A stretch of 36,242 nucleotides of DNA from Candidatus Parcubacteria bacterium. GTDB lineage: Bacteria > Patescibacteriota > Patescibacteriia > UBA9934 > GWF2-40-263. The notes under the pieces are model-generated. The model did no database searches. It was given only the letters and a program-made list of their open reading frames with translations, and had not been told where the DNA came from. Position 1 is the stretch's first letter, and each line of letters starts with the position of its first letter. This document shows, in pieces, positions 25,278 through 34,271 of this stretch. A program made the translations under genes and the position numbers. The stretch is from NCBI GenBank assembly GCA_016882235.1, contig VGKU01000003.1, forward strand, positions 1 to 36,242, read 5' to 3'.

Positions 25278-25886
25278 ATGGGAAAGCAAGGCCTGAAGCT
25301 TGAACAGATGTTTGGTTCAAAGACCCGCGCCCGCCTGTTGGGTTTATTTTTGCAGTATCCGAAAGAAGCCTTTTTCGTCCGCGAACTGACACGACGGATT
25401 GACGCCCAGTTGAATTCCGTAAGGCGAGAGCTGAAAAATCTCGTTGATATGGGTCTAATTATAGAGAAACGCGCGGACAGCCACAAAGCCGGCGCATCTC
25501 TTTCAGAAAAGAAAAAGTATTATACCGCCAACGAAAATTTTATCCTGTTTGAAAATTTGCGAGGGCTCTTTCAGAAGATTCACATTTTGTTGAAACAGAA
25601 TCTTGTTCAAGAGATTGACGAGAGCGGACACATTGACTACTTCGCGTTTACCGGGAGGTTCGTGGATGCGAAGGACATGCCGACGGATATCCTGATCATC
25701 GGTTCCATCAAGCCGGGAAGTTTGGAAAAGCTTATCGCCAATTTTGAATCCGAGTTCAATGGCGAAGTCAATTACACCCTGATGCCGAAGGATGAATTTT
25801 TGGACCGAAAACAAGTTGCCGACCGTTTTCTTCTCTCGTTGTTAAATGCGGAGAAGATCGTGATGATCAATCGGCTTTCCATATGA
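25278..25886 (+). CDS. Winged-helix regulator with nucleotidyltransferase-like C-terminal domain
   Basis: FGSKTRARLL..F, FVRELTR...QLNSVRRELKNL; FTGRF...TDILIIG; alternative start at 25254. Confidence 0.75.
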   Translation: MGKQGLKLEQMFGSKTRARLLGLFLQYPKEAFFVRELTRRIDAQLNSVRRELKNLVDMGLIIEKRADSHKAGASLSEKKKYYTANENFILFENLRGLFQKIHILLKQNLVQEIDESGHIDYFAFTGRFVDAKDMPTDILIIGSIKPGSLEKLIANFESEFNGEVNYTLMPKDEFLDRKQVADRFLLSLLNAEKIVMINRLSI

Positions 25887-26311
25887 CATTGTTTCTCTGT
25901 GCCCAAGATCTTGAATGGTTTTGGCTTGGACTGATCCGCGACGAATCATTTTTTGTCTTGGAACGCGTCACGGCGCCACCGGAACGGTATCTGTCCGAGC
26001 TTCATCGTTTTTTACACGCGCATGGATGGAAACCGGAAGATTTGGCGGGCGTGAGTGTCGTGAGAGGCCCCGGTTCTTTTACGGCATCCCGCGTCAGCTT
26101 GACGCTGGCGAACACCCTCCACTTTGCGTTCCGCATCCCCTTACATATCCTCGCCAATCCTGACTCTCTTGCACCCGCGGAGCTCTTGGCACGCCATGGG
26201 GTGGGCGAACAGCTGTCCGTCGGCACGTTTGCCGCCCCTTTTTATAGCGGCCCTGCCAGAATTACCGTGCCAAAGGCTGGGGATAAGGCACTAGATACCG
26301 CTGGTATCTAG
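25883..26311 (+). CDS. tsaB: Short TsaB-like protein (t6A biosynthesis)
   Basis: L.GVSVVRGPGSFTASRV....ANTL, P.Y near the C-terminus. Confidence 0.75.
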   Translation: MTLFLCAQDLEWFWLGLIRDESFFVLERVTAPPERYLSELHRFLHAHGWKPEDLAGVSVVRGPGSFTASRVSLTLANTLHFAFRIPLHILANPDSLAPAELLARHGVGEQLSVGTFAAPFYSGPARITVPKAGDKALDTAGI

Positions 26312-26366
26312 TGCTAAGGTGAGGATATTCATTTCACTTTTAACTCTCTTATTCATTGATAAACCT

Positions 26367-27044
26367 ATGACGTTTACCGACCTTCTCCAAGGCCCGCTGC
26401 TCAAGCTCTGGGAGACTGTGATCGCCTATTTACCCAATCTTTTGGGGGCGATCGTTGTCTTTTTGCTCGGGGTTGTTGTCGCCTTGGTGCTCCGGACCGC
26501 GATTGAGCAGGTGATCAAGCTTTTGCGCATTGACGATCTGGCGCGCAAGCTTGAAATCACTCCGCAGTTTGAACGACTTGGGATCCGTCTGCACATCGGC
26601 AGCCTGCTCGGCTGGATCGTGAAGTGGTTCTTCCTGATCGTCGCGTTGATCGCCGCAACGGACATCTTGGGCTGGCAGGAGCTGACCGGTTACCTGCGCG
26701 AGATCGTTCTGTTTATTCCCAACGTCATCATCGCCGTCGTGATCCTGCTTGCAGGCATCCTCCTTGCGAACTTTGTGCAGGGCATCGTCAAATCGGCCGT
26801 GGAAGCCGCCAAGCTTGCGAGCGCGGACTTTCTTTCAGGCATTTCTAAATGGGCGATTCTCATCTTCAGTTTCATGGCCGCCTTGGTTCAGCTGCAGATT
26901 GCACCGGATCTCATTCGCGTGCTGTTCACTGGATTGGTATTCATGATCGCGCTTGGCGGCGGTTTGGCCTTCGGGTTGGGTGGACGCGACCAAGCAGAAC
27001 GATTCCTCACAAGATTAAAGAAGGACATCTCTTCGGAGAAGTAA
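26367..27044 (+). CDS. TM-helix repeat / MscS-associated (CmpX-like) membrane protein
   Basis: YLPNLLGAIVVFLLG and FIPNVIIAVVILLAG repeats; ALGGGLAFGLGGRD. Confidence 0.8.
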   Translation: MTFTDLLQGPLLKLWETVIAYLPNLLGAIVVFLLGVVVALVLRTAIEQVIKLLRIDDLARKLEITPQFERLGIRLHIGSLLGWIVKWFFLIVALIAATDILGWQELTGYLREIVLFIPNVIIAVVILLAGILLANFVQGIVKSAVEAAKLASADFLSGISKWAILIFSFMAALVQLQIAPDLIRVLFTGLVFMIALGGGLAFGLGGRDQAERFLTRLKKDISSEK

Positions 27045-27079
27045 TGGATATCCGCTGATCTAACGGTTTCCAGAGAGTC

Positions 27080-28570
27080 ATGGCTTTGACCTACCAGTAC
27101 GGACAATTGCGTTTTTGGGAAATGTTCCCCGGCCTATTGGTTTGGGGAACTTTTTCACTTGCCATGATTCTCTCGTTCGTGCAGCCCCTTTGGGTCATCG
27201 TCTTCATTATTGTCTTTGACTTGCTGTGGCTGTTTCGTGTGCTCTATTTCAATGTGTTCATCCTGATTGCCTGGTTCCGCTACCGTCAAACGCTCCGCGT
27301 GGACTGGCAGAAGAAATTGGACCAGACCGTCTGCGCCTACCGCGTGTATCACATGATCTTCTTGCCAACCTTTCAAGAGGAATACCCGATTATCCGCGCA
27401 ACTCTGCAATCGCTCAAGGAGAATACGTACCAGAACGACCGGATGGTGATTGTCTTGTGCGGCGAGGAGGCGGACGCCCAGCGGTTCGCGCGCGTGTGCG
27501 CACAGGCACAGGGCGAGTTCGGCGAGGTCTTCATGGGTCTTTATACCACGCTTCATCCCAAGGGCTTGAAAGGCGAGATTCCCGGCAAAGGCTCAAACCT
27601 CAACTGGGCTGGGCATGAAATGGTCCGGCGTCTGCAGGCGGATTTTCCGGAGATCAGCGACCGGCAGGTTGTGGTGAGCGCGTTTGATGTGGATACGATC
27701 GCCCATCCGCAATATTTTTCCTACCTCACGTATCTGTATTGCACGTCCAAGGATCCAGAGCGTTCGTCCTATCAACCCGTCGCGCTGTTTTCCAACAATA
27801 TCTGGACAGCTTCGGCGCCCGTGCGTATCGGAGCGTTTGGAACGACCTTCTGGCTGTTCGGGGAACTCGCGCGCCCGCACCGTCTTTGGACATTCTCCTC
27901 GCACTCCATGCCCTGGAAGATGCTCAAAGATGTGGGTTTTTGGCAGAAGGATATTGTGAGCGAGGATTCGCGCATTTTTATGCAGGCGTTTCTCCATTAC
28001 CACGGCGATTATCGTGTGACCCCTCTGTTCCTGCCTGTTTCCATGGACGCCGTGACCGGGCGCAATTATCTAGAATCGCTCAAAGGGCTGTACGCACAAA
28101 TGCGCCGGTGGGCATGGGGCGTGGAGCACTTGCCGTATCTCATAGATGGATTTCGCCGCGACCCCGCGATCCCCCTTCGTCTAAAAATAAAATATGTGTT
28201 CAACCACATAGAAGGGATGTATACCTGGGCGACGGCACCTCTGGTCATGTTTGTCTTTGGTTGGCTGCCGCTTTTTATCGCCAAAGGGCAAACGAACGCG
28301 ATCGTACAGGCAGCGCCGTTTACGCTTGAGCAGGTGATGCAATACGCGCTCATTGGCGTGCTCGTTTCGGCGGTCGTCGCGTTGACGCTCCTACCGCGCC
28401 GGCCTGATCGCGTGGGACGGCACACCTGGCTTGTGATGGCGCTCCAATGGGTGTTGTTACCCGTGACTTTTATCGTGTTTGGGTCGCTTCCGGCGATTGA
28501 CGCGCAAACGCGGCTCATGCTTGGGAAGTATCTGGAGTTTAAGGTGACGAAAAAGGAGAGGGGAACATAA
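27080..28570 (+). CDS. Processive-type GT2 membrane glycosyltransferase
   Basis: GKGSN, DVD, SED and QMRRW motifs with flanking TM helices. Confidence 0.88.
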   Translation: MALTYQYGQLRFWEMFPGLLVWGTFSLAMILSFVQPLWVIVFIIVFDLLWLFRVLYFNVFILIAWFRYRQTLRVDWQKKLDQTVCAYRVYHMIFLPTFQEEYPIIRATLQSLKENTYQNDRMVIVLCGEEADAQRFARVCAQAQGEFGEVFMGLYTTLHPKGLKGEIPGKGSNLNWAGHEMVRRLQADFPEISDRQVVVSAFDVDTIAHPQYFSYLTYLYCTSKDPERSSYQPVALFSNNIWTASAPVRIGAFGTTFWLFGELARPHRLWTFSSHSMPWKMLKDVGFWQKDIVSEDSRIFMQAFLHYHGDYRVTPLFLPVSMDAVTGRNYLESLKGLYAQMRRWAWGVEHLPYLIDGFRRDPAIPLRLKIKYVFNHIEGMYTWATAPLVMFVFGWLPLFIAKGQTNAIVQAAPFTLEQVMQYALIGVLVSAVVALTLLPRRPDRVGRHTWLVMALQWVLLPVTFIVFGSLPAIDAQTRLMLGKYLEFKVTKKERGT

Positions 28571-28597
28571 AGACGGGGTCAGGAGACCCCGTCTTTT
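28568..28597. terminator. Bidirectional terminator
   Basis: AAAGACGGGGTC-agga-GACCCCGTCTTT between convergent genes. Confidence 0.75.
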
Positions 28598-29315
28598 ATC
28601 GCGTCTCATCCAAAATGATTCGCTTCTCAAATCCGCCGCGTGCGTTCTTTTTTTGCGATTGGATGAGCTGAAGCTGTTCGCGCGATGTTCCCAGAAGGGC
28701 GGTGAGCGTCTGCACCGTTTCCAGCACATCCGCCAAAACGTCCGTCTCGCCGCTTTCTAAAAATGTCCCTACGGTCTCTACCAATTTTGCTTTGAGCGCT
28801 TCATGGTATTCATCCATGGTCGCTCCATGCGTCATCACCGTTACACCCCGACTTTCCATGAGCTCCGGAATCCGGTCGTGCACCAGTTTTCCGTAGTAGG
28901 TTGCCAGCGGGTGCACGCCCTGCTTCATCAGATGTTCCATCGGCTTGAAACGCGGGAAAGGGATTCTCTCCCACTCGCACCACATGAGTTGTGTGTATCT
29001 GTCCGGCTCACAGACTCGCGGCTCGCCTTCGGGACACGCTGCGCGCATGAAAATAGTTACATAATGTTTTCCTTCGCCGATATTCCAATCATCCGTGACG
29101 CCTAAAAATTGCACCTGTTCAATTTCGAGTCCCGTCTCTTCGCGTACCTCTCGCCGCGCGCACGATTCCCACGATTCGCCAAACTCCACATGCCCACCTG
29201 GGATGCACCATGTTCCCTCGCCATGCGAGCCACTTCGGTGTCCAACCAGAACTTTCCGGTCGCGGATGACGACGACGCCGAGGCCGACCCTGGGTCGTTG
29301 CGGTTCGGTGGACAT
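28596..29315 (-). CDS. NUDIX hydrolase fused to a MazG/PRA-PH-like all-alpha domain
   Basis: PRVGLG, PGGHVEFGESWESCARREVREETGL; C-terminal KLVHDRIP...LADVLE...RGGFEKRI. Confidence 0.85.
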   Translation of the reverse strand: MSTEPQRPRVGLGVVVIRDRKVLVGHRSGSHGEGTWCIPGGHVEFGESWESCARREVREETGLEIEQVQFLGVTDDWNIGEGKHYVTIFMRAACPEGEPRVCEPDRYTQLMWCEWERIPFPRFKPMEHLMKQGVHPLATYYGKLVHDRIPELMESRGVTVMTHGATMDEYHEALKAKLVETVGTFLESGETDVLADVLETVQTLTALLGTSREQLQLIQSQKKNARGGFEKRIILDETR

Positions 29316-29341
29316 AGGTGATAGGGTGTGGGCAATGCACT

Positions 29342-30391
29342 ATGTATCCTCGTCTTTCCGTTCACATCGTCGCGTGGAACTCCATGCGGTTCCTTCCAGA
29401 CTTGTTGAAGACGCTGGCGGCGCAGACCGTTGGCGATTTCGCCGTGCTCGTCGTGGACAATGGTTCAACGGACGGGCTGTGTGATTTCCTTCGTGAACAG
29501 TACCCGCAAATTATCCTTTTGCGCAATGCCAGGAATCTCGGATTTAGCGCCGCGCATAACCAGGCGATCCGGTATGCGCTTGAGCGGTGGCAGGGGGAGG
29601 ATATGTCCGATCGATTCGTCTTGGTGGCCAATCCCGACCTCGTGCTGGAGAGCGATTGTCTGGAGAAGCTGATGGCCGCGACCGTCGCGCATCCAAGCGT
29701 CGGCGCGTTCGGAGCAAAACTCCGCCGCGCGTTCGGTGAAAACCAGCAGGACGAGGCGCTTTTTGAAACGGTAAAGTCGGACCTCTTGGATTCCACCGGA
29801 CTGCGTGCGCGCAAAAACCGCACCGTCGCCGACCGCGGCGCCGGCGAGATGGATACCGGTCAATATGATGACCACCCCGAGGTGTTTGGCATTTCTGCCG
29901 CGCTCGCGCTGTATCGCGCCAACGCTCTTGCAGATGTCCGCCTCCAGAACGAGTTTTTTGACCAGGATTTTTTCGCCTATAAAGAGGATGTGGATCTCGC
30001 TTGGCGTTTGCAAAGCGCCGGATGGGACGCGCGCTTTGTGCCCGAGGCATTTGCCTTTCACTATCGCGGGATGTTCGGCAAAGAGCGCACGGGCCTGTTT
30101 GAACGGATACGCAACCGGCGCGGAAAATCCACCCTTCGCAGTTTTTATTCAAACCGCAACCAATGGCTGTTGCTGATGAAAAACGAACAGATCATAAACG
30201 GTCTGTTATCGCTCTGGAGGGTCTTACCGCTTGAACTCGCACGCGTCCTGTATACCGCACTGTGTGAGCCCAAGAATCTCCGCGCGTTTTGGGACGCGCT
30301 TCGGCTGTTCCCCTGTATGATGAAAAAACGCCGCGCGATTGCTCTCCAGCGCAAACGATCGTCCCGCGCATTGCGTCGCTGGTTCGTATGA
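29342..30391 (+). CDS. Glycosyltransferase family 2
   Basis: VVDNGSTDG, NLGFSAAHN, NPD, FFAYKEDVDLAWR. Confidence 0.92.
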   Translation: MYPRLSVHIVAWNSMRFLPDLLKTLAAQTVGDFAVLVVDNGSTDGLCDFLREQYPQIILLRNARNLGFSAAHNQAIRYALERWQGEDMSDRFVLVANPDLVLESDCLEKLMAATVAHPSVGAFGAKLRRAFGENQQDEALFETVKSDLLDSTGLRARKNRTVADRGAGEMDTGQYDDHPEVFGISAALALYRANALADVRLQNEFFDQDFFAYKEDVDLAWRLQSAGWDARFVPEAFAFHYRGMFGKERTGLFERIRNRRGKSTLRSFYSNRNQWLLLMKNEQIINGLLSLWRVLPLELARVLYTALCEPKNLRAFWDALRLFPCMMKKRRAIALQRKRSSRALRRWFV

Positions 30392-31218
30392 AAAAAGACG
30401 TTTCCGTCCTCATTGTCCACTACAATACCCCAGGCCTCTTGCGCCAGACGCTCAAGGGGCTGTTTGGTTCCACACAGCATGTGGAATACGAAGTGATTGT
30501 CGTGGACAACAATCCTCACGTACGGGTGCGGGACTGGGTGCAAAAAGAGTTTCCGCAGGTCAAACTCGTGATGAGCGATCAGAACCTTGGGTTTGGAAGC
30601 GGGATGAATTTGGCGATGCGCCACGCCGACGCTCGGTACTTTTTTGTGTTCAATCCGGACATCGCGACCTTTCACCATGCACTTGACCGGCTCGTTGAAT
30701 TTATGGATGCCCACACGGATATCGGCATGGTCGGACCCAAACTCCTCAACCCAGATCGGTCGCTTCAGCACAGCTGTTATCGGTTCATGAAACCTTCCGT
30801 CATCGCGTATCGGCGCATCCCCGTCTTGCGTTCGCTCCCGCTCGCGCGCCGCGAAGTGGATGCCTACCAAATGAAAGATTGGGCGCACGATACCGTCTTT
30901 GACGTGGATTATCTTCTGGGCGCCGCTATGTTTGCTAGGCGCGAAGCCGTCGAACAGGTCGGCGGGTTTGATCCTGAATTTTTCGTCTATTTTGAGGACC
31001 AAGACTGGTGCCGGCGATTTTGGCTCGCGGGATGGCGTGTCGTGTACCACGCCGACATCTTTTTCGTCCATTACCATCGTCGTGAGACGGCAGAGGGATC
31101 GTTTTGGCAGCAACTTACCAATCCGCTCACGCGCATCCAGATGAAAAGTGCGATATACTATTATCGTAAGTACAAGGGCCAACCGCATGCACGACCCGAA
31201 CTTTCTTCACCAGAGTGA
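30388..31218 (+). CDS. Glycosyltransferase family 2 (WbbL/rhamnosyltransferase-like)
   Basis: VIVVDN, NLGFG.GMN, FNPD, GGFD.EFFVYFEDQDWC. Confidence 0.92.
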   Translation: MKKDVSVLIVHYNTPGLLRQTLKGLFGSTQHVEYEVIVVDNNPHVRVRDWVQKEFPQVKLVMSDQNLGFGSGMNLAMRHADARYFFVFNPDIATFHHALDRLVEFMDAHTDIGMVGPKLLNPDRSLQHSCYRFMKPSVIAYRRIPVLRSLPLARREVDAYQMKDWAHDTVFDVDYLLGAAMFARREAVEQVGGFDPEFFVYFEDQDWCRRFWLAGWRVVYHADIFFVHYHRRETAEGSFWQQLTNPLTRIQMKSAIYYYRKYKGQPHARPELSSPE

Positions 31219-33103
31219 ACTGGTTCCTGTCCACCGTCGCCATCGCCGCCGTCGTTTTTTGCGCGCCCTTGCGGCGATCTTTTTGGTTTTGGCGGGACTC
31301 TGGACGGCGTGTATCCTGCTCGCGGTCGGACAGATTGTCGCGGCCGGACTTGATCTGAAAGACGCGGTGAACGGCACGGCCATGCAGGTGGATGCTCTGG
31401 CGTTTTCGCAGGCCGAAGACGACATGGAACGCGCTCGACGCGCGTTGGGAGAATTGGAACGGTCGTTGTTTCTTCTGGATCGGCTGTGGTTTTTCCCTGG
31501 CTTTGACGACGCCTTGCTGGATGCGCAAGGGCTGTTCGCGTCTGGGCGCGAAGTGACGGATTCGCTTTCCTCGCTTCTTTCGCTCGGGCGGGATGTGGTC
31601 CAACTCTCCGGCATTGGCGAACAACTGACCGTGAAATTTGACGATCTTCCCTCCGGCAGTAAGAAGGCGGTGCTGGAACGGTTCAGCACGGCTTCCAGCG
31701 ACTTTGACCTGTTCAGCGCGCGCATTCGCATCGCGCGTGACGAACTCGCACGTTTGCGAGGCAAGGCATATATCACCCCGCTTCTTGGTGTTCTGGATCC
31801 GTTCATGGAACGGCTTTTTGTCCTTGAGCGAGAACTCTCAACCGCGTCCGTTTTCGCGCGTCTGCTTCCGGAACTCTCGGGACTGGGCGAGGAACGAACA
31901 CATTTATTGCTCTTCCTGAATAACGACGAACTGCGTCCCGGAGGAGGGTTCATCGGCACCTATGGGCTGTTGCGCGTTCGGGACGGCGAAGTGGTGTCGC
32001 TGGTCACGCAAGACGTGTACGCCGTTGACCAGGCCGCGGAAGGGAAGGTGCATACGCCTCCGCCGGACCCGCTTGCCCGCTACAATGCCACCCATGTCTG
32101 GTTCTTCCGGGATGCGAACTGGAATCCTGATTTTGCGGAAAGTTCCAAGCAGGCGATGGCGATGTTTGAGGCGCAGACGGGCATTCGCGTGGACAGCGTC
32201 ATCGGTTTTACGCCCTCGCTTGCCTCGGCCTTGCTTGACTACATCGGTCCTGTGGAGGCGGGCGGGCAAACCTTCACGGCCAAGAACGTGCCCGAGTTGA
32301 TTGAGTACGAGGTGGAGAAGGGATTTTACGAAAATGGCATTCCAGTCTCGCAACGCAAGGAGATTCTTTCTGAACTTGTCTTGAAGGCCCAACAGCGTCT
32401 TTCCGCACTCCCCCTTTCACGCTGGCCGGATGCCTTTGCCATCCTTTCTGAAGCGATTCGCAACAAACAGGCGGCTATGTTCTCCCAGACGGAGTCGCTC
32501 CAGCAGGCCATTGTCCAGTCCGGCTGGGGAGGAACCGTGCGGTCGTACGCGCCCGATGCGTTGTTCTATGTGGACGCGAATCTTGCGAGTCTAAAAAGTG
32601 ATCCGGTGGTCAAACGTTCCCTCCGCTACGAACTGTTTCGCAATGCAAGCGGCGCGTGGATCGGGCGGACGACGATGACCTACGATCATCAGGGATCGTT
32701 TGATTGGCGTACGACCAGGTATCGGACGTTCATGCGGCTGTATACGCCGCAAGGGACCAAACTGATCCGCGCATCCGGTTTGAAAGAGGGACCTGAAGTC
32801 TTAACCGATCTCCACCTGGCGGTATTCGCCGGTTTTGCCGTCATTGAACCCGGAGAAAAACAATCGGTCACGTTTGAGTACCAACTCTCGCCGGTCGTGG
32901 TGGAAGCCATCGCTTCTGGAACGTACGCGTTGGACCTCTATAAACAAATGGGTGCGCGCGATTACGCGTTGACGCTTGACCTGGACTTTGATAAGACAGT
33001 CGCGAGCGCTTCGCCTGCAGAGAACCGCCATGAGTGGGGCGATGACCGGTATCATTTGAACACCAAATTGAGTCAAGATTTGCGCATTGAAGTTGGACTG
33101 TAA
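31187..33103 (+). CDS. DUF4012 domain membrane-anchored protein
   Basis: LLLFLNNDELRPGGGFIGTYG, FRDANWNPDF; N-terminal TM. Confidence 0.88.
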   Translation: MHDPNFLHQSELVPVHRRHRRRRFLRALAAIFLVLAGLWTACILLAVGQIVAAGLDLKDAVNGTAMQVDALAFSQAEDDMERARRALGELERSLFLLDRLWFFPGFDDALLDAQGLFASGREVTDSLSSLLSLGRDVVQLSGIGEQLTVKFDDLPSGSKKAVLERFSTASSDFDLFSARIRIARDELARLRGKAYITPLLGVLDPFMERLFVLERELSTASVFARLLPELSGLGEERTHLLLFLNNDELRPGGGFIGTYGLLRVRDGEVVSLVTQDVYAVDQAAEGKVHTPPPDPLARYNATHVWFFRDANWNPDFAESSKQAMAMFEAQTGIRVDSVIGFTPSLASALLDYIGPVEAGGQTFTAKNVPELIEYEVEKGFYENGIPVSQRKEILSELVLKAQQRLSALPLSRWPDAFAILSEAIRNKQAAMFSQTESLQQAIVQSGWGGTVRSYAPDALFYVDANLASLKSDPVVKRSLRYELFRNASGAWIGRTTMTYDHQGSFDWRTTRYRTFMRLYTPQGTKLIRASGLKEGPEVLTDLHLAVFAGFAVIEPGEKQSVTFEYQLSPVVVEAIASGTYALDLYKQMGARDYALTLDLDFDKTVASASPAENRHEWGDDRYHLNTKLSQDLRIEVGL

Positions 33104-33104
33104 C

Positions 33105-33229
33105 AGACCCCTGGAAAACGGATGGATGTTCGTTGAACGAGCTGCCGATTCCCGCGAACCCTGTACACGGAAAGGTAAGCGGGGCAGCGGGCGGCCGTTG
33201 GACGAACAGACGGCGTTTTACAGGGGTCT
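33105..33229 (+). ncRNA. Candidate structured RNA (rod-like) upstream of mreB
   Basis: Nested complementary segments fill the whole intergenic gap; see findings. Confidence 0.5.
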
Positions 33230-33237
33230 TCCTCTCC

Positions 33238-34242
33238 ATGTTTCAGAAGAAAATCGGCATAGACCTTGGCACCACGACCGTTCTCGTTTATGTCCCTAAA
33301 CGAGGGATTATTATTCATGAGCCTTCGGTGGTTGCCATCTCTCACGCGGATAAAAAAGTGCTCGCGGTCGGCAAAGAGGCCAAGGATATGCTCGGCCGAA
33401 CACCCGAAACGATTGTGGCGCGCCGACCGCTCAAGGACGGTGTGATTGCGGATTATCGGACGACCGAGGCGATGTTGCGTTACTTTATCAACAAGGCGCT
33501 TGGTGGCGTTCGCCTGCTTCGTCCCGAGGTGATGGTGGCCGTCCCCGGCGGCATTACCTCTGTGGAGCGGCGCGCGGTTATTGACGCGACGCTGGCGGCA
33601 GGCGCCAAGGCCGCATACATCATCAAGGAACCGATCGTGGCGGCGATCGGCGCGAACATTCCGATTGGTTCGCCCTCCGGTCATATGATTATTGATATCG
33701 GTGGGGGGACATCCGAGATGGCTGTCATTTCGCTGGGAGGCATTGTGGCGTCCGAATCGGTGCGCATCGGAGGCGTGAAGTTTGACCTGGCCATTTCGGA
33801 ATACATCCGCCGTAAATACGGGCTGGCGATCGGGGAGCGCACGGCCGAGGATATCAAAATACAAATCGGCGCCGCGTTGTATCTGCCCGATAAGCTCTCC
33901 ATGGAAGTGAAGGGACGCGATATGATTACAGGATTGCCAAAGGTGATTGAGGTGAGCTCTGACGATGTGACAGCCGCGATTCAAACGGAGTTGGAAGGGA
34001 TTATCGCCACCGTGAAAGAAGTCCTTCATAAAACGCCGCCGGAACTCTCGGCGGATGTGATGGACAAGGGGATTGTGCTCTCCGGCGGTTCTTCGCAACT
34101 GCGCAACCTGGATGCGCTTATCGCCGAGGCAACGGGCGTGCCGACGTTCGTCGCGGAAGATCCCCAACAGTGCGTGGCCAAAGGGACGGGCATTGCGCTG
34201 GAGAACCTTGAAGCGTACAAGCGCAGCATTTTTACGAGTTGA
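33238..34242 (+). CDS. mreB: Rod shape-determining actin homolog MreB/Mbl
   Basis: IGIDLGT, EPSVVA, RPLKDGVIAD, DIGGGTSE, TPPELSAD, LSGG. Confidence 0.96.
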   Translation: MFQKKIGIDLGTTTVLVYVPKRGIIIHEPSVVAISHADKKVLAVGKEAKDMLGRTPETIVARRPLKDGVIADYRTTEAMLRYFINKALGGVRLLRPEVMVAVPGGITSVERRAVIDATLAAGAKAAYIIKEPIVAAIGANIPIGSPSGHMIIDIGGGTSEMAVISLGGIVASESVRIGGVKFDLAISEYIRRKYGLAIGERTAEDIKIQIGAALYLPDKLSMEVKGRDMITGLPKVIEVSSDDVTAAIQTELEGIIATVKEVLHKTPPELSADVMDKGIVLSGGSSQLRNLDALIAEATGVPTFVAEDPQQCVAKGTGIALENLEAYKRSIFTS

Positions 34243-34271
34243 CGCAACGTATCGGACAGACCCGTATCGTC

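Noticed and set aside
25210-25392. Extended starts of the 770-aa and 250-aa ORFs
   Set aside because: They would overlap head to head; starts at 25209 (minus) and 25254/25278 (plus) leave a normal divergent promoter gap
33073-34167. 364-aa antisense ORF over mreB, and similar ORFs over metK, rplJL and the GT2 genes
   Set aside because: Typical antisense shadows of GC-rich coding genes
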